NCBI GenBank assembly: GCA_963796965.1
Contig: CAWCNS010000007.1
Coordinates: 480,001-544,000 of the forward strand
Origin: Calditrichia bacterium
GTDB taxonomy: Bacteria; Calditrichota; Calditrichia; JAJRVZ01
Reading direction: 5' to 3'
Length of the DNA stretch: 64,000 nt
The notes below the pieces were generated by a model. It was not told the origin of the DNA and ran no database searches. It saw only the letters and a program-made list of their open reading frames with translations. Position numbers and translations under genes: made by a program. This document shows, piece by piece, positions 10,056 to 20,313 of this stretch (position 1 is the first letter of the stretch; every line of letters begins with the position of its first letter).

Positions 10056-11045
10056 TTAATCCAAAAATTGTAGAATCTTATCAAAATCATGACAGAAAAG
10101 ATCACACATCCCTTTTGTACCGCTCTCAACAATATTTCCACCTGAAAGACCAACGGTAGAGAATCCTGCCAACCTGATTGAAACGATCCCGGCACCGCTG
10201 TCTTCTATACCTACAACATGGGATCGGTCTTCGAATGGAATTCCTAATCCAACACGTGAGATTTCAGCATAAAGCCAGGGATGTGGCTTGGGAGATAGTT
10301 CACCCAGGGTACCAGGATTTCCGGAGCGTATTGGAAAACCAGCGGTGATTATTGCATCGTAAAATTCTTTTGGGTCACCCATCTCCAGCGTACGGAAAGC
10401 AGAAAGGATTTCAGGCCAGGCTTTTTCGTAAAGCCCGGAAGTTACCAGGCCAATTTTTATATTTCGATCCTTTAAAGCCAGCAAAAAATCTTTTAATCCT
10501 GGTGTTGGAGTAAATGCATCCGCACGGCCACGCCCTTCAATGATTGCTTGCATCTCACGATGTGTGTGTTCAAAATAATAATGCCTGGCTTCTTCAACAG
10601 ACTTATCAGGACAATACTTATTTACACAATATTGCAAATGTTCTGAAACAGAATGTCCTGACACATAGGGTAGATCTGCCTCTTCAAGGTCAAAATTGTG
10701 ATTTGCGAGTAAACTGGCAATTGATAATTGAATTATCCATATCCAAAATTTTTCACTCCGTACACTTGTACCGTCAAGATCCATTAAGACTGCTTGAACG
10801 GGATTCTCCCTGACGAGTGGGTGCACTGGGTAATAGGCAGGATAGCCCAAACCTGATCTTACCAATGCCAATACACTCTCTTCAAAGAAAACAAATTCAA
10901 CTTTAGCATCTTTTGTGGTAATAATAAAAGATACTCCATTCTTTCCGCTCTCAAAACGTTTGTCTGATGTATAATTCTTGATCGTAAAATTTGAAATTTT
11001 TGCCATCGGACCTAACATTTTGATATCTCTATCACCTATCATCAA
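10056..11045 (-). CDS. HAD-family phosphatase (beta-PGM-like) with N-terminal extension
   Basis: Motif I MDLDGT, motif II VTSG, KPHPWLY and GIEDSGAG. Confidence 0.82.
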   Translation of the reverse strand: MMIGDRDIKMLGPMAKISNFTIKNYTSDKRFESGKNGVSFIITTKDAKVEFVFFEESVLALVRSGLGYPAYYPVHPLVRENPVQAVLMDLDGTSVRSEKFWIWIIQLSIASLLANHNFDLEEADLPYVSGHSVSEHLQYCVNKYCPDKSVEEARHYYFEHTHREMQAIIEGRGRADAFTPTPGLKDFLLALKDRNIKIGLVTSGLYEKAWPEILSAFRTLEMGDPKEFYDAIITAGFPIRSGNPGTLGELSPKPHPWLYAEISRVGLGIPFEDRSHVVGIEDSGAGIVSIRLAGFSTVGLSGGNIVESGTKGMCDLFCHDFDKILQFLD

Positions 11046-11423
11046 TTTGCTCTCTTATTTATTTGGATTGCAATCTATTTTTAACCAGATGTTTACATTC
11101 TTTATTGTGATCCTAAATGTAATAATTTAATTGAAAGTTTAAATAAACAAAATATATATACCATAAATAATACCGCATTTATAAATATCTACGATAATAC
11201 ACCAATCATATTGGCATTAGTAAGAAATTTTAAAGGTCACGTTTATATAAAATATTTACCTAGATTAAACTAAATTGTAACCTTATTTTCAGAATTACGT
11301 AAACAACATTAAAAGATTCTTTCAACCTCACTCTCGTATGACTTCTTATACAGCCTCCTATTGTTTTTGGAATTATGTTAAAATTAGTTAATAAAATTAA
11401 ATAATTAACCTTCAGGAGGAATT

Positions 11424-11927
11424 ATGAAAAATCAAATTTCATTTACCTTGACCTTACTGCTTTGTCTGCTCGTGGCGACCATAGCATTTGGGCAGGAACG
11501 GAAAACCTTCCAACACCCTACTCTAAATGTGCAGGTACAGGCATTTGATGATTGGGTTCAGGTGGTGCATCCGGAAGATGAATTTATTTATGAAATCGCT
11601 GATTCGGAATCCATTTTACATGTCATTATTTGGAAGACAGAGACCGAATCTTCAGGATCGCACTATCTTAAGAAGATGGCGGATAAAAAAGATCTTGTTT
11701 ATGATGCAGATCCAACCTTAGGTAAAGTTCAAAATCGTGACGCCTGGGTACTAGATGCAACATGTTGTATGAAGAAAGAGCCCGTACGCGTGGTGCTCGT
11801 GGCCATACCAGATAACCAGGAGAGCGAATCATTGTATCTCGCCCAGATCCTGTGCCCTGAGGAAAGACTTAAGGAAAAGGAAGTATATATGGAAGAAATA
11901 CTATATAGTCTTCAAATTACAAGATAG
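11424..11927 (+). CDS. Secreted hypothetical protein
   Basis: Signal peptide (IAFG/Q), AGGAGG RBS, 167 aa; no family confidently recognised. Confidence 0.65.
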   Translation: MKNQISFTLTLLLCLLVATIAFGQERKTFQHPTLNVQVQAFDDWVQVVHPEDEFIYEIADSESILHVIIWKTETESSGSHYLKKMADKKDLVYDADPTLGKVQNRDAWVLDATCCMKKEPVRVVLVAIPDNQESESLYLAQILCPEERLKEKEVYMEEILYSLQITR

Positions 11928-11988
11928 TCAATAAAAGATGCAGTCGTTATTCAAACAATAAGTATTTTTCCACCCCACCGACCAAGGT

Positions 11989-12019
11989 GCTCGGGAAAGC
12001 CCGACCGGGCTTCCCGAGC
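11989..12019 (+). terminator. GC-rich hairpin downstream of 11424-11927
   Basis: GCTCGGGAAAGCCCG-AC-CGGGCTTCCCGAGC with one bulged A; no clear U-tract. Confidence 0.45.
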
Positions 12020-12029
12020 CTAATCATAA

Positions 12030-12253
12030 TATTCAATAGTCAATACTCAATTTTCAATTGTCAAGTATTATGATCCGTTATCGACAACCCTCAACTTATT
12101 CCAAAATCCCCTCTGACAAATCCCAATTCGGGAATCATATATCCCATATCTTGTATCCCGTATCCCATATCAATGTCCAATGACTAAATCCAAATGTCAA
12201 ATATATACCCAAATCCCAATCCGGAATCCCGTATCTCCTATCCTATATCCCGT
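12030..12253. repeat. Degenerate 7-bp tandem repeat tracts (NNTCAAT; ATCCCRT)
   Basis: ATTCAAT AGTCAAT ACTCAAT TTTCAAT; ATCCCAT ATCTTGT ATCCCGT ATCCCAT; ATCCCGT ATCTCCT ATCCTAT ATCCCGT. Confidence 0.65.
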
Positions 12254-12354
12254 TCCACCAACTTCTGCTTTTTTATAAACTTACCTCACTATTTGCCGAT
12301 AATAATTAAGAATACAATTTATGCAATAGAAACCAAGTGGATTAAACGGAAAAT

Positions 12355-14581
12355 ATGTCATCATCCTATATCGGAAAAGTATTAGATAATTACCGGATTA
12401 TTGATAATCTGGGCATTGGTGGTATGGGTGTCGTATTTAAGGCGATTCATATCAAATTAGATAAATTAGTTGCCTTAAAAATGATCGCCCCTGGGCTGAC
12501 GATGAATGAAAATTTCATTAAGCGGTTTCAGACTGAAGCCAAATCATTAGCCAAATTAGAAGATCCGAATATTGTTCGCATTTATGATCTGCGTGCAGAC
12601 AATGACAAGTGGTTTATTGTGATGGAATTTGTTGAAGGAATAAACCTGTTCGATAAGATCAAAAAGGATGGCGCATATAAATGGCAGGAAGCCCTGCCAA
12701 TTCTTAAACAGACGCTCAGTGGTATTGGGCATGCACATTCCGCTGGTATTATCCACCGTGACCTAAAGCCAAATAATATCATGATAACCAATGATCGGGT
12801 GGTTAAAGTTACAGATTTCGGGCTGGCAAAGGATCAGAGCAACATGGTGACAACCATGTCTTTAGCCAGCGGAGGAACGCTGTATTACATGTCCCCTGAG
12901 CATGTCAAAGGTATTTCTTTTACGGACAAACGAAGCGATATCTATTCCATTGGTATGACTTTTTATGAAATGATAGCGGGTACGGTGCCCTTCAAAAATA
13001 TGGAGTCCGATTTTGACATCCGCGAAACAATTGTCAGGAAAGAGCTTATGCAAACCTTCTGAATATAATTCTGACATACCTCCCATTTTAGATGACATTG
13101 TAATGAAATCATTGGCCAAAGACCCCGATGAACGCTTTCAAACAACAGAGGCAATGCTGGAGGCTATTATTGATTTTGAGGAGAAGTTTCCGGTGGTCGC
13201 ATTAGCTGATGAGATTTTATCCGGTCCACCCCAAAAAAAGAAGAATAAAACAAAGATCAATGATGATGATGGACCAGACACACGCTTTGAGAAAGCATTA
13301 AAGAATCAACGCAGAGATTTTATAAAAAGATATGGTCTCCTTTTTTCAATCTTACTTATTACAATTTTAGTATTTATAGCCTATTTATTTTCCTCAAAAT
13401 CAAATAATCCAGCTAATAAAGAGTTAAAAACGGCTGAAATAAGCATCAACAGCAAACCAGAAAATGTATTAGTATACATTGATGATGATTCAATAGGGAC
13501 TTTACCACTCAACAACTTTTCATTATCTGCCGGATCCCATAAAATCACTTTACAAAAAAAAGACTACGAGACATTAGATACTTTGATTACGGTAACATCA
13601 AAAGCGGACTATTCATTCGACTTAAGGCCAATTCTCAAAAAAACTTCTCTTACAAAAATCATTAAAAAGAATTCCGCCCCTAAACAAACAGATCGGGAAA
13701 AATATATTAAGACCTCTCTATTCGCAACCTCCGATCCAAAAGGTGCAACAATATGGATAGATGGTATCAGAATGGGTAAGACGCCTATGCAGGTTGACCA
13801 GATTGATACTAAGCCGCACAAAATCCGTATAGAGTTAGAAGGCTATTCGCCTTATCTCAACAGTATTGAATTAGAAAATGGCACTACAACCAGAATCAAT
13901 GCAGAACTCACCCGTATTGGCGGTGGCCTCCAGATTAATACGACTCCAGAAAATGCAATTATCAAGATAGACGGAGAGGAAATTAACAATATAAAAACAC
14001 CAGCTACATTAACAGGCCTTTCTCTGGGTCAACATCAAATCCAAATTAGTAAAGCTGGGTACAGTCCGATCACTAAAAGGACAGAGATTAAAAAAGATCA
14101 GATCACCAGTTTATCAGTTGAATTAATCCGTCTTGAAGGTAAACTTAACGTACAAGTTAGACCCTGGGGATCAATATATATTAACAATGAATTACAAAAA
14201 GCATCTTCAGATATTAAGTACCAGATAGATCTCCCTGTTGAAGAATACACTTTACAGGTGGTACATCCTACATTGGGCAGGTGGATTAAAAAAATCAATA
14301 TCGAAGCCAATAATGAATTAAAGGTGGTAGTGGATTTTAATCGCAAACATCAGGTGGAATTTATAGCGGTAGATGAATCTGGAATTCCTGTGGAGGCACA
14401 GATTTTTCTTGATGATAAAAACATGGAGAAAACAACACCCACTTCCCTTAAAATCCGTACCGGCATACACGATGTAATGTTAAAAAAAGCGGGATTTATT
14501 GCTTCCAATGGCAAATCGGAGATTTTCGTCGATAAAGATCTCCCTGGATCTTTTAAATTTGTTCTAAGAAAAATTGACTAA
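12355..14581 (+). CDS. Hanks-type Ser/Thr protein kinase with TM helix and multiple PEGA domains, one frameshift near 13050
   Basis: LGIGGMGVVFKA, VALK, HRDLKPNN, DFGLAK, YMSPE and SDIYSIG; second ORF continues the kinase C-lobe (DIVMKSLAKDPDERFQ), then a TM helix and repeated S.P..A.I.IDG....TP PEGA units. Confidence 0.88.
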
Positions 14582-14630
14582 AAACTCAACATTAATCACG
14601 AATATAAAAACCAAATTTAGTATTGTTATT

Positions 14631-15236
14631 ATGAAAAACATGAAAAAAATGAACAGAGAAATTACTCAAACACTTCGCGCAATACTGCTATCTTTTTTAT
14701 TGCTGCTACAGCCAGGATTAATAAATGAGGTATGCGGCGCGTGGTGGGATATTCAGGATCAAACATCCTGCCGGCAAAAATTAGATCAAGCTGAAGAGCT
14801 CTACTACAACAGCGAATTTGATGAAGCAATCAGAACGGTACGCGAATGTCTCAAAATTAGTTCAATAGATAAGCCACAACTTATTCGCGCTTATACATTA
14901 CTCGCCCGTATATATCTGGCTAGTGATGATAAAGTAGCCGCAGAAAATAATATTACGCAAATCCTGAAACTAAATCCATCATATAGTCCGACAATTGAAG
15001 AAGAAACACCTAAATATGTAAATCTTGTCGCAGTGGTTCGCAAAAATGCAGGCGATACAGAGATCACAGCAACGGAAGCACCCTCTGATAGCAGCGGTAT
15101 TAGTCCCTGGGTGTGGATCGGAGCCGGTGGGGCCGCCGTCATAACCATAATAGCCGTTGTTAGCTCAAATAATGGTAAAAATAGTCAAACTGTCCAGGAT
15201 AAGGCTTTACCCGAACCACCTGGATATCCCCAATAA
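14631..15236 (+). CDS. Exported TPR-like protein with C-terminal hydrophobic segment
   Basis: Signal-like N-terminus, helical repeat (AEELYYNSEFDEAI...AYTLLARIYLA), C-terminal WVWIGAGGAAVITIIAVV and LPEPPGYP. Exact start uncertain (14631-14649). Confidence 0.65.
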   Translation: MKNMKKMNREITQTLRAILLSFLLLLQPGLINEVCGAWWDIQDQTSCRQKLDQAEELYYNSEFDEAIRTVRECLKISSIDKPQLIRAYTLLARIYLASDDKVAAENNITQILKLNPSYSPTIEEETPKYVNLVAVVRKNAGDTEITATEAPSDSSGISPWVWIGAGGAAVITIIAVVSSNNGKNSQTVQDKALPEPPGYPQ

Positions 15237-15250
15237 AGATTAGGCTATTT

Positions 15251-18200
15251 ATGAAAAACATGTTTTTAATAATTTTTCTCCTACTCATCCTTGCGATTGT
15301 CGTTGAGGCCGAGGATATTCCCGGTGGGACCATTGATGGTGGTACCTGGACAGTAGAAAATTCACCATATATTATTACTGGTAATATTACCATTGCTAAT
15401 TTGACGATCGAGCCAGGTGTAAGGGTTCAGTTCAGAGATAATTATAGTTTTGAAATAAATGGTGATTTGCAGGCCCAGGGATTTTATAGTGACTCTATTT
15501 ATTTTCAGTCTGAACCGGGAAATCCTAACGGGTGGAAAGGTATTAAATTTAAAGGAGGTTCCAGCAACTCATCACTCAAGTATTGCCGGATTGAAAATGC
15601 AAATGGTCAGGGCACTAGAATTGAAGGTGGCGTAGCATTGGAATTCCATAATTGCCGAATCTCGGATAACATCGGCAATGGCCTCTTCATTAAGGACTCA
15701 GAAGTTCAACTCAAGAACTGTATCATAAAAAGCAATAGTGAAAATGGTATTTCGCTGGATGCCGGAAAGGTTACAGCGACAAATATTATAATCGCCTCTA
15801 ACCAGTTAGCTGGCATTTTGACTTCAGACAATAAGGATGACGCCAGCTTAACAAATACTGTCATTGCAAATAACCAAACGATAGGACTTGATTTTCCCAA
15901 GGGGGACCTAACCGTTCTCAATAGTATTATTTATCTCAACAATGAAGGTATTGTCATTGATGATCAAACAGTGAGTGTCACTTATAGTAATGTGCAGGGC
16001 AGCGGTACTTATCCTGGCACTGGCAATATTAATGTCGTTCCAAACTTTGAATCCGGCTTTGCATATACATTGAGTGACCAGTCACTTTGTATCGATGCCG
16101 GTCGCGACGATTCTGAGGATGAGGATAAATATTTTCCACCATCAAAAGAAACAACAAGGAATGACATGGGTGCTTATGGCGGACCTCTTTCTTTTGGTTG
16201 GTATCCCCCACTTCTAATAACACCAAATAGCATTCAATACGGACGTACTACACAGGATAGCACAAAAACTGTCACTTTACATATTGATAACTACCGGGAT
16301 GACACAGGTCTAACTGTAGAAGAAATAGAATTTCTTGGTATCAATCCGGAAGTTTTTACATCAAACGAAGAATATTTTTATTTACCCCAGCCACAAGATA
16401 AAGAGGTAGAAATAACATTTAAACCGGATCAGGTGGCTCTTTTTGAGGCTGATTTGGCCTTTCGAGTCGTGAATCATGGCAATGTCTTTGTCTCTTTGAA
16501 TGGCGAAGGCGTTTTACCAAAGATAAATGTCGTTCAATCCGTGCTTGAATTCGGCTCCCAGGCAATCGGGGATTCTTTATCCCTTTCATTGCCAATCCAA
16601 AATTTAGGTGGAGATACCTTATTAGTAAATCTATCCATATTATCCGATTCGATATTCTATGCAAATAAGGAAAGTATTAAAATTGAGCCTGATTCCTCGC
16701 TTGACACAGTTTCAGTGACTTTCAAACCGCTTAGCCCATCCTCTTATGAGAATTATCTGATCATATCCAGCAATGACGATACAAATCCATCTATCGCAAT
16801 ACATTTGACCGGAGAAGGTCAGGGACCACTCATATCTTCTGACACCAATAATCTGAATTTTGGTCACGTACATGTCAATTCCGATAGCAGTCTTGATCTT
16901 CCAATCCGCAATGATGGCAATGCTCCATTGATTATCGACAGTCTGACACTTTCCCCCACTGACGGATCTTTTGAAATAATAAACAGTGGTTTATCCATGA
17001 TTGAAGCGGGTGAAAGTACAATGATAACCATTCGTTTTGAACCCTCACAATGGGGAGAATTCTCTGGAAATCTGCTGATCCATTCAAATGTCCTTTCTAA
17101 ACCGTTGCTTTCTATTTCTTTAATCGGTATCGGTCTTGCACCTGAATTAGTTTTATCAAACACTACGATTGATTTTGGCCCGGTTTATCTGACAAAGGAT
17201 TCGACAATAATTCTTAGCATTTTTAATCATGGTAATCAGATTCTTACTATCGACAGCATTTTCACTCAACAAAATGATGGTATATTCAAACTACCTGATA
17301 CCTTAGAAGATCATCTTGCACCTGATCAAGGTCTGGATATTTTACTAACATTCACTCCGGCAGATACTGCAATATCAACCGATTACCTGATAATTAGAAG
17401 CAATGACCCTCTAAATAATCGGGATAGTATTTCTTTGAGAGGGATGGGAATCAGACCAATATTGGATCCGGGGGATATGGCTCTGGATTTTGGTACAGTC
17501 AATCTTCCTGCTGATACAACGTTGTATTTAAACGTGAAAAATACTGGAAATTATGCCTTAGTAATAAAAAACTTTACGATCTTGTCAGAGACCGGTGGAT
17601 TTAGCCGCTCAGACACATTAGCCTTTCCCGATACGCTTATGCAGCAAGATCATCGTAATTATCCGCTAAAATTTAAACCCCTTGTCTGGGGGGCGGATTC
17701 AGGACAAATCAATATTGAAACCAACGATCCCTTGCAACCACAAACGACTATTTCACTTCATGGGAAGGGTCTTGCTCCTCATGTCATCCTTAACCAAAAG
17801 GTAATAGACTACGGCTCTGTATTGGTAGGACATGATTCTACCAGAACAATAACCCTTACAAATTCCGGAAATGTCGATCTTATTATCGATGATCTCCTGA
17901 TCAAGGAGACAACTTCCTCATTTATTATTGAAGAACCTTCGATCGTTGGCCTAAGCATCAAGCCAGATAGCAGTAAAAACCTGACAATAACTTTCGCGCC
18001 CGATTCTGCATCAATTTTTAACACTGTCATTCAAGTATTCTCAAACGATCCCCAAAATGTCCAGGATTCAATAATGCTCTCAGGAGTCGGCTATGTTCCA
18101 CATGTCGGCAGTCCCTTTATTCATTTATCTGACACTTTGCTGGCGTTTGCAGATACACCACTCGATTCCATATCCAATCTATCTGTAACCGTGAGTAATC

Positions 18201-20023
18201 ATGGTGATGAGGTTCTCATTCTTTACAACGATAGTCTTAAAATTATTGGAGACAATTCTACAGCCTTTCAAATCTCAAAAATATATTCATCAAATATAGA
18301 GATTAATCCATCCAAATATGAGATTATCCCCTTGTCATTTAACCCAGATAAAATAGGATTAAATTCCGCTTATTTAAAGATCGTCAGTAATGATATAGAA
18401 AGATCGTCCTATCATGTTGAACTGCAGGGAAATGGCATCGTTGAGCAAGGATCTGATATCAGTATTGCTTTAGATACGCTAAATTCAACCCTCCCCTTCT
18501 CAGAAGGTGAACCGGGTGATCTCTCATTCCATATTTCCAATTCGCAAAGTGTGGATTCCGCCCATATTTATTTCCGTGAAGGGGGCGCTCTTTCCTATAC
18601 AAAAATGCCTTTGCTTCACCAGGATTTGACAAACACCTGGTCAATACAGATTAATTCAGCCCATATTACTGGCAGAGGCTTAGAATACTACGTCATTGCT
18701 TACCACTCTGATTTACCTCTCTATTACCCTGACCAAACGAAGCGTAAATTTAATTTTATTTATGTAAACGTCAGCAATATTATATTTCCCTATGAGACGG
18801 CTAAATCTATTTATCAGATGATATCCATTCCGCTCGACACAAAGGGTCAAACACTTTCTGAACTTTTTTCCGATAATCTGGGGCCTTACAATAACAATAA
18901 TTTCCGTATTTTTGAATGCTTAGACGGCTCAGGTTACCAGGAACGTACGGATATGTCTTCACCACTTCCTCCCGGAAAAGCTATTTGGCTGATAACCCGG
19001 GAGTCAATGAATCTTGATATAGACCAAGGCCAAACGGTTCCAACAGATAGGAATTTTGAGATTTCATTAAAAAAAGGCTGGAACATGATTGCGTCACCCT
19101 ATGCCTTTACAGTGGACTGGCAAAATGTTACCAACAAACTAATCATACGCGAATACATCGACCAGGATTGGACGTTTGCCTATGACTTGGAACCATTTAA
19201 GGGTTATGCTGTCCATGTTGATAAAGATACAGTGATTGGTATTCCACCACAGCAAAAAATGCTTCAAAAGAAAATAAATAATGATCGTTCATCCTTACCT
19301 CCCTCAGACTGGACCATACAACTAGTCGCCCAGGCTGGGGAATTAAAAGATAAGTATAACTATGTTGGTGCATACCAGGATGCCCGAAATTCAATTGACC
19401 GGTTTGACTATGCCGATCCGCCACCAATTGGGAACCACATTAGGCTGGCGCTACAACCAGAGGATCCGGAAACGTTTTATTCAACGGATATTCGACAGAC
19501 GGGTATGGACGGTTATCGTTTTAAAATAAAAATTAATAGTAATGTGTCAGGAAAAAAGGTTCTTAATTTGATTCCTGATAATCTACCGGATGGCTTTGAC
19601 TGGGTATTGATATCTATAGACGAAAATGTAATGTATCGTAATACACAGATTCAGATAAGCAAAAATCAAGGGAATTTTGAATTATTAGTCGGTAATTCTG
19701 ATTTTTTAACGGAAAATTCAAGTGGTTTCAATACTTTGCCTCTGACATATCAATTAGAGCAAAACTATCCGAATCCATTCAATCCTTTGACAACTATAAA
19801 ATTTCAATTACCCAAAGCACAAAGAGTTACAGCTACTATTTATAATATTCTTGGTCAAAAGATTATAGAGTTATCTAAGAATGAATTATTTGATGCGGGC
19901 TATCATCAGTACAATTGGGATGGAAGAGATAAATATAATTTACAGGTTTCCAGCGGGATATATTTTCTCCGTTTTAAGATGGCCAACTATGAGAAAACGA
20001 TGAAAATGATATTACAGCGATAG
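15251..20023 (+). CDS. Large secreted surface protein: parallel beta-helix, about seven choice-of-anchor D/ASH Ig-like repeats, C-terminal sorting (Por/FlgD-like) domain
   Basis: GGTWTVENSPY start, CRIxxN/CIIxxN beta-helix repeats, SLCIDAG...NDMGAYGG, repeated (L/I)DFG.V......L.I.N.G...L.I...F.P.....I.SNDP..L.G.G units, and LEQNYPNPFNP...WDGRD...SSGIYF C-terminus. Confidence 0.85.
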   Translation: MKNMFLIIFLLLILAIVVEAEDIPGGTIDGGTWTVENSPYIITGNITIANLTIEPGVRVQFRDNYSFEINGDLQAQGFYSDSIYFQSEPGNPNGWKGIKFKGGSSNSSLKYCRIENANGQGTRIEGGVALEFHNCRISDNIGNGLFIKDSEVQLKNCIIKSNSENGISLDAGKVTATNIIIASNQLAGILTSDNKDDASLTNTVIANNQTIGLDFPKGDLTVLNSIIYLNNEGIVIDDQTVSVTYSNVQGSGTYPGTGNINVVPNFESGFAYTLSDQSLCIDAGRDDSEDEDKYFPPSKETTRNDMGAYGGPLSFGWYPPLLITPNSIQYGRTTQDSTKTVTLHIDNYRDDTGLTVEEIEFLGINPEVFTSNEEYFYLPQPQDKEVEITFKPDQVALFEADLAFRVVNHGNVFVSLNGEGVLPKINVVQSVLEFGSQAIGDSLSLSLPIQNLGGDTLLVNLSILSDSIFYANKESIKIEPDSSLDTVSVTFKPLSPSSYENYLIISSNDDTNPSIAIHLTGEGQGPLISSDTNNLNFGHVHVNSDSSLDLPIRNDGNAPLIIDSLTLSPTDGSFEIINSGLSMIEAGESTMITIRFEPSQWGEFSGNLLIHSNVLSKPLLSISLIGIGLAPELVLSNTTIDFGPVYLTKDSTIILSIFNHGNQILTIDSIFTQQNDGIFKLPDTLEDHLAPDQGLDILLTFTPADTAISTDYLIIRSNDPLNNRDSISLRGMGIRPILDPGDMALDFGTVNLPADTTLYLNVKNTGNYALVIKNFTILSETGGFSRSDTLAFPDTLMQQDHRNYPLKFKPLVWGADSGQINIETNDPLQPQTTISLHGKGLAPHVILNQKVIDYGSVLVGHDSTRTITLTNSGNVDLIIDDLLIKETTSSFIIEEPSIVGLSIKPDSSKNLTITFAPDSASIFNTVIQVFSNDPQNVQDSIMLSGVGYVPHVGSPFIHLSDTLLAFADTPLDSISNLSVTVSNHGDEVLILYNDSLKIIGDNSTAFQISKIYSSNIEINPSKYEIIPLSFNPDKIGLNSAYLKIVSNDIERSSYHVELQGNGIVEQGSDISIALDTLNSTLPFSEGEPGDLSFHISNSQSVDSAHIYFREGGALSYTKMPLLHQDLTNTWSIQINSAHITGRGLEYYVIAYHSDLPLYYPDQTKRKFNFIYVNVSNIIFPYETAKSIYQMISIPLDTKGQTLSELFSDNLGPYNNNNFRIFECLDGSGYQERTDMSSPLPPGKAIWLITRESMNLDIDQGQTVPTDRNFEISLKKGWNMIASPYAFTVDWQNVTNKLIIREYIDQDWTFAYDLEPFKGYAVHVDKDTVIGIPPQQKMLQKKINNDRSSLPPSDWTIQLVAQAGELKDKYNYVGAYQDARNSIDRFDYADPPPIGNHIRLALQPEDPETFYSTDIRQTGMDGYRFKIKINSNVSGKKVLNLIPDNLPDGFDWVLISIDENVMYRNTQIQISKNQGNFELLVGNSDFLTENSSGFNTLPLTYQLEQNYPNPFNPLTTIKFQLPKAQRVTATIYNILGQKIIELSKNELFDAGYHQYNWDGRDKYNLQVSSGIYFLRFKMANYEKTMKMILQR

Positions 20024-20111
20024 TGTCATATGACTATGGGATATAAAATATTTGATCCCGACTTTCTCGGGATGATCCTGTCAAAAAAAGAAACGTATAG
20101 TCATATGATAC
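20023..20111. repeat. 89-bp element bounded by 15-bp inverted repeats with an internal hairpin
   Basis: GTGTCATATGACTAT (20023-20037) and ATAGTCATATGATAC (20097-20111) are reverse complements with one mismatch; internal ATCCCGA-CTTTC-TCGGGAT. Confidence 0.5.
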
Positions 20112-20313
20112 AAACTTACGATGAGATTTATGGTATATGAAATAGACGAAAGTAAAGGTTCTGGATACTAGGTGTTGGGATTCTGGTAATGGACTCTTGG
20201 AAGTTATGATCAATCGGTCACGAAGATGATTTTATATATCTCACTGATCAAAGAAACGAGATCCCAGAACCAAGAGCCGAGAAACGAGAAGAGAGTAAAG
20301 AAGTGAGGTTGTT

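Noticed and set aside
13013..13062. Programmed frameshift producing kinase-only and full-length forms
   Set aside because: No slippery heptamer, the break is inside the kinase C-lobe, and similar indels occur throughout the window.
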